Shown here: piece after piece, positions 52,756-60,389 of the stretch
Position numbering within the stretch: the first letter of the stretch is position 1
Layout: each line of letters begins with the position of its first letter
NCBI GenBank assembly: GCA_038247205.1
Contig: JBBRVC010000002.1
Span: forward strand, 1-63,743
Source of the DNA: Bacteroidales bacterium
Lineage (GTDB): Bacteria; Bacteroidota; Bacteroidia; Bacteroidales; VadinHA17
Direction: 5' to 3'
Length of the DNA: 63,743 bases
Position numbers and translations under genes: made by a program
The notes under the pieces: generated by a model
Seen by the model: the letters and a program-made list of their open reading frames with translations, nothing else
Told to the model about the DNA's origin: nothing
Databases searched by the model: none

Positions 52756-53019
52756 ATGAAAATAACTGACGAAGTAAGAATAAGCGACAATGGTTTCGTT
52801 TTTAATTCGAATACTGGCGATTCGTTCAATGTCAATGCAACCGGGCTTGAGCTAACAAAGCTGATTGCCCAGGGTCACGACTTTGAATCCATCAAAGCCA
52901 AATTTCTGGCGAAATACGATATCGACGACCTGTCTTTTGAAAAAGACTTCTATGAGTTCTGTGCATTGATTAAGCACCATCAACTCACCACAACCGAAGA
53001 TCCACTTGATTTCAAATAA
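52756..53019 (+). CDS. PqqD-family (RRE-like) small protein
   Basis: 87 aa. FVFNSNTGDSFNVNATGLELTKLIAQGHDFESIKAKFLAKYDIDDLSFEKDFYEFCALIKHHQL matches the PqqD consensus layout (N.tG..f.LN.tG..i...l..G.s...i...l...Y.v....l..D...F...L...gL). Confidence 0.7.
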   Translation: MKITDEVRISDNGFVFNSNTGDSFNVNATGLELTKLIAQGHDFESIKAKFLAKYDIDDLSFEKDFYEFCALIKHHQLTTTEDPLDFK

Positions 53020-53026
53020 GTCAACC

Positions 53027-54067
53027 ATGATAAAATTAACAGTAGCTGTTACCGGGCTCAACAACACGGATAATCCGGGGCCTGGCGTACCGGTAATCCG
53101 ATCGTTAAAAGAATCGACCGAATTTGAGCTAAGGATTATCGGGTTGGTTTACGAAACCCTTGAACCGGGGATTTATATGGAAGGATTATGCGATAAGATA
53201 TTCCAGATTCCCTATCCATCAGCAGGTTCCAACGAATTAATCGACCGCATTGAGGCCATCCACAACATGGATCCCATTGATGTAATCATTCCCAATTTCG
53301 ATTCTGAACTCTATTCGTTTATGAAAAGCGAGGAGCGTTTACGTAAATGTGGCATACACACTTTTCTGCCTACCATAAAGCAATTTCAGGAGCGGGATAA
53401 AGACCAGCTACCCGAATATGGTGAAAAATATGGCATCAAAGTGCCGGCAAGTTTAAACCTTGGCAGCCATAACCAAATATCAGAAATTAAAGAGAAATTT
53501 GAGTATCCTGTAATGGTGAAGGGTAAGTTTTACGATGCATACATAGCTTACAACACTGAACAGGTGAAGCAGGCCTTCAATAAGATTTCGTCAAAATGGG
53601 GATTGCCCGTTATCATTCAGAAATTTGTGAAAGGTACCGAGGTTAATGTGGTTGCACTGGGCGATGGTCAGGGGAATACTATTGCAGCCGTGCCCATGCG
53701 CAAGCAATACATTACCGATAAAGGTAAGGCCTGGGGCGGTATCACTTTATCAGACGAGAAAATGCTTGCTATTACGCGGGGTTTGATTCGTAAAACCAGA
53801 TGGAAAGGTGGCATGGAGCTAGAAATGATTAAAACAGTTGCCGGTGAGTATTACCTCATTGAGATTAATCCCCGCATCCCTGCTTGGGTTTATTTGGCTG
53901 TTGGTGCCGGACAAAATATTCCCGAAGCCCTTGTGAAACTGGCGTTGGGTCTTGAGGTAGCTCCTATGGAATCGTACAAATCGGGAAAAATGTTTGTGCG
54001 TTATTCATACGACATTATTGTTGACCTCGAGAAGTTTGAAAGTATTGCAATGAATGGAGAAATTTAA
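53027..54067 (+). CDS. ATP-grasp family ligase
   Basis: YPVMVKGK (ATP Lys), IIQKFVKGTEVNV (hinge), and GGMELEMIK...YYLIEINPRIP (Mg/ATP-binding E..E.N). I prefer the ATG at 53027, 7 nt after the upstream stop. Confidence 0.8.
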   Translation: MIKLTVAVTGLNNTDNPGPGVPVIRSLKESTEFELRIIGLVYETLEPGIYMEGLCDKIFQIPYPSAGSNELIDRIEAIHNMDPIDVIIPNFDSELYSFMKSEERLRKCGIHTFLPTIKQFQERDKDQLPEYGEKYGIKVPASLNLGSHNQISEIKEKFEYPVMVKGKFYDAYIAYNTEQVKQAFNKISSKWGLPVIIQKFVKGTEVNVVALGDGQGNTIAAVPMRKQYITDKGKAWGGITLSDEKMLAITRGLIRKTRWKGGMELEMIKTVAGEYYLIEINPRIPAWVYLAVGAGQNIPEALVKLALGLEVAPMESYKSGKMFVRYSYDIIVDLEKFESIAMNGEI

Positions 54068-54080
54068 TAACCAATGTATT

Positions 54081-55424
54081 ATGGAAAATATTAAATACGA
54101 AAAACCAACCATCAATAAAATTAATGCAGGTATGCCCAGCAAATTCGGTATGCCTGTAAAACAGAGAATCATTTCAGAAATCGATGGATTTAATGTTACA
54201 TCGTTGATCGAAGAGTATGGCTCGCCCTTGTTTGTGGTTTCTGAAAAAACCATTCGAGATGTATATACCGAGGCAAAACGTGCTTTCGAAACGAGGTATC
54301 CAAAAGTGCAATTTGCATGGTCGTATAAAACCAATTATCTCGATGCAATTTGCAGTATTTATCATAACGAAGGTTCTTGGGCTGAAGTTGTTTCGGGTTT
54401 CGAATTCGAGAAAGCACTTTCGTTAGGGGTTAACGGCACGCAAATCCTATTCAATGGACCCGATAAATCGGAGGCCGATCTGACCATGGCCATCGAACAT
54501 AATGCTTGCATACACATCGACCATTTTGATGAGCTTTATCAACTGATTGAGATAACGCGAAAAATGCAGAAAAAAGCAAGGGTAGCCATTCGCATCAATT
54601 TGGATGCAGGGATTTATCCCATCTGGGACCGATTTGGTTTCAACTATGAAAATGGCGATGCTTGGAACGCCATCAACAGGATTATGCTGACCGATAGTCT
54701 TGAATTAATTGGATTGCATACCCACATTGGAACATACATTATGGCTCAGTCTGCATATGCCATTGCCGCGTCAAAGTTGGCAAACCTTTATATGGCCATT
54801 CATCGCAAATTCGACTATTGGTTAAAGTACATCGATTTGGGCGGTGGTTTTGCTTCAAAAAATACATTAAAAGGGGCATATATGCCCGGTTCCGAAACCT
54901 GTCCGTCGTTCGATGAATATGCCGAAGCCATCTCTAATGCGCTCATTTCATCCGAAATTCCACACGAAAATTTACCGGTGCTTTTTCTCGAAACCGGAAG
55001 GGCATTAATCGATGATGCCGGGTATTTGCTCACCACAGTGATTGCCAACAAACGGTTGAATGGAGGCAGGCGCTCCATGGTGATCGATGCCGGAATTAAT
55101 TTGCTGTTTACCTCGTTCTGGTATAACCTTGGGATTTATCCGTCGAAAGAGATTTCAGGACATTCCGAAGAGTCGACTATTTATGGACCGTTGTGCATGA
55201 ATATCGATGTTATCCGCGATGCCATTGTTTTTCCACAGGTGAAACCCGGTGATCAACTGGTTGTTGAGCGTGTAGGTGCTTACAATATGACGCAATGGAT
55301 GCAGTTTATTAAATATCGACCCAATGTGGTTTTGATTGATATGGATGGTAAAGCGCACATTATCCGAAAAAAGGAGAGCCTCGAAACTTTCAAAAAGATG
55401 GAGCTAAATCCAAAATTAGAGTAA
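54081..55424 (+). CDS. fold-III (Orn/DAP/Arg-type) PLP-dependent decarboxylase
   Basis: Hallmark motifs in order: FAWSYKTNY (PLP Lys), LHTHIGT, YIDLGGGF, LFLETGRAL (EPGR-like), and GPLCMNIDV (C...D). The start is 54081, or 54054 if it overlaps the upstream gene. Confidence 0.85.
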   Translation: MENIKYEKPTINKINAGMPSKFGMPVKQRIISEIDGFNVTSLIEEYGSPLFVVSEKTIRDVYTEAKRAFETRYPKVQFAWSYKTNYLDAICSIYHNEGSWAEVVSGFEFEKALSLGVNGTQILFNGPDKSEADLTMAIEHNACIHIDHFDELYQLIEITRKMQKKARVAIRINLDAGIYPIWDRFGFNYENGDAWNAINRIMLTDSLELIGLHTHIGTYIMAQSAYAIAASKLANLYMAIHRKFDYWLKYIDLGGGFASKNTLKGAYMPGSETCPSFDEYAEAISNALISSEIPHENLPVLFLETGRALIDDAGYLLTTVIANKRLNGGRRSMVIDAGINLLFTSFWYNLGIYPSKEISGHSEESTIYGPLCMNIDVIRDAIVFPQVKPGDQLVVERVGAYNMTQWMQFIKYRPNVVLIDMDGKAHIIRKKESLETFKKMELNPKLE

Positions 55425-55434
55425 ATAAGCAGGT

Positions 55435-57657
55435 ATGGGTAATATCATAAAAAAGTTGGGCGATGAAGCTCTCTCTTCTGTGTTGAACAGCTACTCACAG
55501 GTCTTTTTTTCCACATCGAAAGTGTTGGCCTTATGCCTGCTATTTATCAGTTTTTTCGATTATGGAGCTGGCATTGGCGGATTTATTGCAGTGGTAATTG
55601 CCAACTTATTGGCTCATTTTCTGGGTTACAATGCCTATTTTAGAAAGGCGGGGCTTTACGGTTTCAACAGTTTGTTGGTGGGATTAGGGGTAGGCTTGAT
55701 ATTTCAATCTTCCTTTGAACTTTACATACTTATTGCCATTGCAACAACCACTTGTTTTTTCCTTACCATTGTTTTTCAGGGAGTGCTCGGAAAATATGGG
55801 CTTCCTTTTTTAAGCATACCCTTTTTAATTACCATATGGATCATCACTTTATCGGTTGACCAACTAACTTCCCTGAATATTAGCGAACGGGGAATTTACA
55901 CCTACAATGAACTTTACGGACTCGGCGGTCATGTAATGGTTAGCTTGTATAACTGGTTAGATAAGTTTGTGACCTCTTCATTTATACGGATTTATTTTTA
56001 TTCACTTGGAGCCATATTTTTTCAAAAGGGATTGCTTGCCGGGATCATTATTTCGTTTGGAATTTTGATCTATTCGCGAATTACCTTCGTGCTTTCAATA
56101 TTGGGCTATTCGGTGTCGTATCTCTTTTATGTATTGGTTGGGATCGAATTTAACTCGTTGAGCTATACTTTTATAGGATTCAATTATATTCTGACTGCGA
56201 TTGCGTTGGGGGGCTATTACTTAATTCCGGGACGAATCAGTTACGCATGGATTATCATACTTTTACCATCGGTTGTATTGGTCACAATCAGTGCACAACA
56301 GATTTTTTATCAGTTCCATATTTCGCCCTATTCGCTTCCGTTTAACATGGTGGTGTTGATGTTCATTTATGCGTTAAAACTTCGTGAGAAAAGACCCAAA
56401 GGTTTGCTCGAAACACCTGTGCAGTTGGGCAATCCCGAGAGAAACCTCTACCTGCAATCGGGCAATATGAAACGATTCCCGACAAAATATGCGGTTTCGG
56501 CTTCGCTGCCTTTTTTTGGCGAATGGGAAGTTAGCCAGGGACATAAAGGTGAGATTACGCATAAAGGGGCCTGGCAAAATGCCTGGGATTTTATTGTTAC
56601 CGATAAAGATGGCAGGCAGTATAAAGGAAGTGGCGATTATCCTGAAGATTATTATTGCTTTGGGAAAGTAATTGTAGCTCCTTATGATGGCACTGTGATT
56701 GAAATTGTGAATTCCATACCCGACAACAGCATTGGCGATGTGGATACCAAAAATAATTGGGGTAATACAATCATCATAAAACATGGTTTCGATATTTATT
56801 CGAAATTGTGCCATCTGAAATACCACTCTATCGAAGTTAAGGTAGGCGATAATGTTAAACAGGGACAATTGCTCGGAAAATGTGGCAACTCAGGTCGATC
56901 ACCTTATCCACATCTGCACTTTCAGTTTCAGTCAACACCATACATTGGCTCTCCAACCATCGATTATCCATTTGGCCATTATCTGCTAAGGGGTGAAAAA
57001 TACACTTTCAAAACGTTTTCATTTCCACAAAAAGGCGATGTAGTGGCCAATCCGGTTAAAAATGTGATGTTGGCAAATGTGATGCATTTTACGCCAGGAC
57101 AAAAAATTTGTGGCGAATTTCAGGTTACATCGATTAAAACCGGATTGAAGATACACGAAGAGTACTTCAAATGGAGAGTTGATACTGATGTGTTCAATTC
57201 AACCTATTTCGAATGTGAAGAGGATAAGTCGATTGCATACTTGTACAATAATGGCAACTTGCACTATTTTACTAATTTTACAGGGAAAAGAGAGTCGCCT
57301 TTGTATTGGTTTTTTCTAGCCTTTATTAAAGTTCCTCTTGGATTTTTACCCAATAGCAACATTCATGATCAAGTACCTCTAAATTTGTTGTTTGGCGGTC
57401 TGTTGAAGTTTATTCAGGATTTTGTTGCCCCGTTGTTCCTTTTTCTGAAGGTCAATTACCGGCTTGAAATCAAAGAGGCAGGCGACATCCTTTCGTCGGG
57501 CGATTTGAAGATGGTTGCCGAAATCTCAAAGAAGATTGCGGGCAGGGAGACAGATAAATATCTTTTCGATATTGGGATTAATGAAAATGGGGTTTTTGAA
57601 ATTGAAATTCTAACAGGAGAGCTTAAAATCAATTTAAAATGTCGAAACGAATCGTAA
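55435..57657 (+). CDS. fusion protein: urea-transporter (UT)-like polytopic channel, M23 metallopeptidase domain, and an unassigned ~240-aa C-terminal domain
   Basis: aa ~10-320 form ~9-10 TM helices with UT-family motifs (NSYSQVFFS, GLYGFNSLLVGLG). aa ~355-500 form M23 (THKGAWQNAWDF, then GNSGRSPYPHLHFQ with HxH). I recognise nothing in aa 501-740. Confidence 0.75.
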   Translation: MGNIIKKLGDEALSSVLNSYSQVFFSTSKVLALCLLFISFFDYGAGIGGFIAVVIANLLAHFLGYNAYFRKAGLYGFNSLLVGLGVGLIFQSSFELYILIAIATTTCFFLTIVFQGVLGKYGLPFLSIPFLITIWIITLSVDQLTSLNISERGIYTYNELYGLGGHVMVSLYNWLDKFVTSSFIRIYFYSLGAIFFQKGLLAGIIISFGILIYSRITFVLSILGYSVSYLFYVLVGIEFNSLSYTFIGFNYILTAIALGGYYLIPGRISYAWIIILLPSVVLVTISAQQIFYQFHISPYSLPFNMVVLMFIYALKLREKRPKGLLETPVQLGNPERNLYLQSGNMKRFPTKYAVSASLPFFGEWEVSQGHKGEITHKGAWQNAWDFIVTDKDGRQYKGSGDYPEDYYCFGKVIVAPYDGTVIEIVNSIPDNSIGDVDTKNNWGNTIIIKHGFDIYSKLCHLKYHSIEVKVGDNVKQGQLLGKCGNSGRSPYPHLHFQFQSTPYIGSPTIDYPFGHYLLRGEKYTFKTFSFPQKGDVVANPVKNVMLANVMHFTPGQKICGEFQVTSIKTGLKIHEEYFKWRVDTDVFNSTYFECEEDKSIAYLYNNGNLHYFTNFTGKRESPLYWFFLAFIKVPLGFLPNSNIHDQVPLNLLFGGLLKFIQDFVAPLFLFLKVNYRLEIKEAGDILSSGDLKMVAEISKKIAGRETDKYLFDIGINENGVFEIEILTGELKINLKCRNES

Positions 57658-58973
57658 TGATATGTGCTTTGGTTGGCTTATTTACAACCATTGTGGCGCA
57701 AGGAAAATTAAATATTGAGGAAGTTGACAAATATTCGTACCAGCTATACCAGGAAGAAAAATGGGATGAATTGATCAAATACTCACAGGAATCAATGGAG
57801 CAGGGGATCGATTTTTTTTATCTCAGGGCAAGAACCGGAATTGCATGGTACAACCTGGGGAAATATAGAAATGCTTCTACCTGGTTTATTCGGGCTGGTG
57901 AAAACGATCTTTCGGCTGACTGGCTGCAGGAATATTTGTACTATAGCCTTATTTTTAGCGGGCGAACATTGGATGCCAACAAATATGCATCTTCTTTTTC
58001 AGATGCCACGACAAAGAAAATTGGCTTTAAACGGGCAGCAGTCACTAATTTGACTTATGAAACCGGATACAGTTTTAATACCGATTTTGATGATTTGAAA
58101 ATACGTGATTTTAAATCTGAAGCGAACCTCGGCGACGATTATGGCGAGGCGTATTTGCTTAAAAATTACATATTCCATTCGTTCGATCTTTTTCATCGAA
58201 TTGCACCAAATTTCACATTGCAGCACAACCTTACCTACATCGGGGTAAACCGTGAAACGCTGGTTGATTGGGTGACACAAACCACATCGCCTGTTCAGGT
58301 GAAGGAGTTGCAGTATTATGTTAGCCCTGTTTGTGTGATTGGCAAACGACTGAATGTTTCAACCTCATTGAATTATATATTAGGAAATGCCGATGTTTAT
58401 GCCGGGTCATTAAATTCAAATTTGGATAAGGTCTATACCGTTTCAAAGTCAAAATATAGCGATTATTTAGTCTCATCTTCGGTTTGGTCTCATTTGGGCA
58501 ACCTGTCATATGGCGTTGAGATCAACGGTGGTGACATAAGCAATTCCAGATTCTATCAGGTTTCGGGTTGGGGTACCTGGTATCCGCTTTCGAACTTAAA
58601 TCTCTATTTTACGCCCAGAATTTACTTTAAATCTGACAACGATATCAATAGTTTTGCTTTTAAAGCCATGGGCATTTCGGGTGGGGCGCAATTGGGTCAA
58701 TTCCATCTTTATGGGCAATATTTGTTTGGCGATATGGAAAACTTTGTTGAGTCGGCCGGATCTGTTATTGCCAATTACCCTGGCCGATCGGATTGGAAAC
58801 TGATGGGGAGTCTCTATTTTCCATTTTCTAAAAGATATCAATTTGTGTTGCGTTACATCAATCAGAATATTATTGAAGAATATCAGGTTTATACAGCAGG
58901 GGAGAAAAGTAATTCACTAGAATATAGCTACTTGAAAAATACATTAACAGGAGGAATATCATGGACATTTTAA
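57639..58973 (+). CDS. outer-membrane beta-barrel protein with N-terminal helical (TPR-like) region
   Basis: Signal peptide MSKRIVMICALVGLFTTIVAQ, a helical ~100 aa, then long runs of alternating amphipathic strands. The terminus is the OMP-type GGISWTF. The start overlaps the upstream stop by 19 nt. Confidence 0.5.
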   Translation: MSKRIVMICALVGLFTTIVAQGKLNIEEVDKYSYQLYQEEKWDELIKYSQESMEQGIDFFYLRARTGIAWYNLGKYRNASTWFIRAGENDLSADWLQEYLYYSLIFSGRTLDANKYASSFSDATTKKIGFKRAAVTNLTYETGYSFNTDFDDLKIRDFKSEANLGDDYGEAYLLKNYIFHSFDLFHRIAPNFTLQHNLTYIGVNRETLVDWVTQTTSPVQVKELQYYVSPVCVIGKRLNVSTSLNYILGNADVYAGSLNSNLDKVYTVSKSKYSDYLVSSSVWSHLGNLSYGVEINGGDISNSRFYQVSGWGTWYPLSNLNLYFTPRIYFKSDNDINSFAFKAMGISGGAQLGQFHLYGQYLFGDMENFVESAGSVIANYPGRSDWKLMGSLYFPFSKRYQFVLRYINQNIIEEYQVYTAGEKSNSLEYSYLKNTLTGGISWTF

Positions 58974-59584
58974 AAAGGATTTTATTTGTAGTTGGATTTT
59001 GTTTGGTTGTGAACTCAGGATTCACACAATCAAACCAAGCTTCATTGCAAGCTGCATTTTTGAAAAGTTATACATTTGAAAAAAGTGGTGATTTCAGTGC
59101 ATCGATGAATGCTTTGAAAAACGTATACGACGAATCATCGTATGAATTGAATCTTAGGTTGGGATGGCTGAATTACAATGCTGGATTATTCGACGAATCG
59201 GTCATTTTTTACAAAAAGACACAGAAGCTTAAACCTTATTCGGAGGAAGCTCGGTTTGGATTGATACTACCACTTTCGGCCCTGGGTAAATGGAACGAAG
59301 TAATTAATATTTACGACGAAATCCTTCAATTAAGCCCAAATAACACGGTTGCTATTTACCGGCTGGGACTTGTATATTATGGACGCAAGGAGTATGACAA
59401 AGCCAATTCACTATTTAATAAGGTGGTCGATTTATATCCGTTTGGTTATGATGGGTTATTGATGTTGGGATGGACATCTTATTTTCTGGGTAATTCAAAC
59501 CAGGCCAGGATACTTTTTAATAAAGTACTCCTTTATAACCCTGGCGATAAATCGGCAACGGAGGGATTGAGCTTACTCAAATAA
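58961..59584 (+). CDS. secreted tetratricopeptide-repeat protein
   Basis: Signal peptide (FVVGFCLVVNSGFTQ). At least four TPR-like units (e.g. A..YRLGLVYYGRKEYDKANSLFNKVVDLYP). The start overlaps the upstream stop by 13 nt. Confidence 0.75.
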   Translation: MDILKRILFVVGFCLVVNSGFTQSNQASLQAAFLKSYTFEKSGDFSASMNALKNVYDESSYELNLRLGWLNYNAGLFDESVIFYKKTQKLKPYSEEARFGLILPLSALGKWNEVINIYDEILQLSPNNTVAIYRLGLVYYGRKEYDKANSLFNKVVDLYPFGYDGLLMLGWTSYFLGNSNQARILFNKVLLYNPGDKSATEGLSLLK

Positions 59585-59633
59585 ATAATCAAAACAGAAT
59601 GATAAAGAGAAATGTTTTTACTAGTTATTCATC

Positions 59634-59798
59634 TTACTTCCGCCTAATACCTGAATTAATTTCAATTTTTGAATTACCTGAAATAATTGAAAAAGTGCTG
59701 TCAGTTCGTACGGCCTGAGATTGTCCTGCAATATTATTGCATATACCTGATAATCCGGAAATAATGAGGATGAAGGTTGTTAGTATTTGAAATCTCAT
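59634..59798 (-). CDS. small hypothetical secreted peptide (54 aa from the internal Met)
   Basis: MRFQILTTFILIISGLSGICNN looks like a signal peptide, followed by ~30 polar residues. No homology recognised. Coding status uncertain. Confidence 0.3.
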   Translation of the reverse strand: MRFQILTTFILIISGLSGICNNIAGQSQAVRTDSTFSIISGNSKIEINSGIRRK

Positions 59799-59857
59799 CT
59801 TAAAATTTAATTTAATACCAAAGTACAACCTGTTTTTGTGTCATTTTCAAATTAAAA

Positions 59858-59901
59858 TCAATGAGTGAGGGAGTGTTTATTGAACTTCCCTCTCTCATTG
59901 A
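59858..59901 (-). terminator. long imperfect hairpin downstream of the SusD remnant
   Basis: TCAATGAGTGAGGGAG-loop-CTTCCCTCTCTCATTGA (about 14 Watson-Crick pairs plus 1 wobble pair and one mismatch), followed on the minus strand by a T-rich run. Confidence 0.55.
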
Positions 59902-59915
59902 TGAGTTTAAAGATA

Positions 59916-60329
59916 TTAGTTATAACCAGGGTTTTGCAAAAGCCCGGGGATTAAATCTACCTCAGTTTGTGGTTTAGGTAATAACTTATTATATTCGGCA
60001 ACATAAGGATAAAGGGCTATATTAGCAGACACAACTTGTTCTTTACGAACAAGGTCAAACCATCTTTTACATTCAAATGCCAATTCCCATTCGCGTTCTT
60101 TTATAACTGCAGCATCAAAATCAGCTTTTGACATTCCTGATGGAAGATCAGGATAAACAGCGGGATTGAAGCCGCCAGCTCTTCTTCTTACTTTATTAAG
60201 AGCCTCAAGTGCTTCTGCTGAAGGAGCTCCTTCTGCCATGTTTGCTGCTTCAGCATAGATTAATAATACCTCTGCATATCTGTTTATTGGGAAGAATCCA
60301 TCTCCACCGCCCTTTAATCGATTTTTCAT
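59916..60329 (-). pseudogene. RagB/SusD-family nutrient-binding lipoprotein, C-terminal ~135-aa remnant only
   Basis: YAEVLLIYAEAANM..., ALNKVRRRAG, REREWELAFECKRWFDLVR and a terminal LLQNPGYN form the conserved SusD C-terminus. Full-length SusD proteins are roughly 450-600 aa with a lipoprotein signal. Here the ORF begins 3 nt after a terminator hairpin, and no SusC gene is present. Confidence 0.75.
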
Positions 60330-60332
60330 AAA

Positions 60333-60370
60333 AAAAGGGGAATACCCGATTCAACAGGCATTCCCCTTTT
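60333..60370. terminator. strong hairpin terminator after the DUF362-propeller gene
   Basis: AAAAGGGGAAT-loop-ATTCCCCTTTT (11-bp stem, with A- and T-runs forming its outer base pairs). Lies between the stop at 60390 and the SusD-remnant start at 60329. Confidence 0.65.
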
Positions 60371-60389
60371 ATAAACTTAAATTAAATTT

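Noticed and set aside
52756-54067. Classifying the PqqD + ATP-grasp pair as a lasso-peptide or a canonical microviridin/graspetide cluster.
   Set aside because: Lasso clusters need an Asn-synthetase-like cyclase and a transglutaminase-like leader protease, and neither is present. Canonical graspetide clusters have a short MdnA-like precursor and lack PqqD, a PLP decarboxylase and M23. No such precursor ORF lies inside the operon.
52060-59584. A compositional (GC/CpG/codon) shift as evidence that the operon was horizontally acquired.
   Set aside because: A rough by-eye CpG tally over a few 360-nt samples gave a higher count in the operon than in the PpiD-like gene, but about the same as in glyA. 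The comparison is inconclusive. It needs proper k-mer and codon statistics, so I do not claim it.
59634-59798. The 54-aa signal-peptide ORF as the precursor or substrate of the neighbouring operon.
   Set aside because: It is on the opposite strand, convergent with the operon and downstream of the SusD remnant. It has no Gly-Gly or other recognisable leader/core features. I keep it only as a low-confidence CDS.
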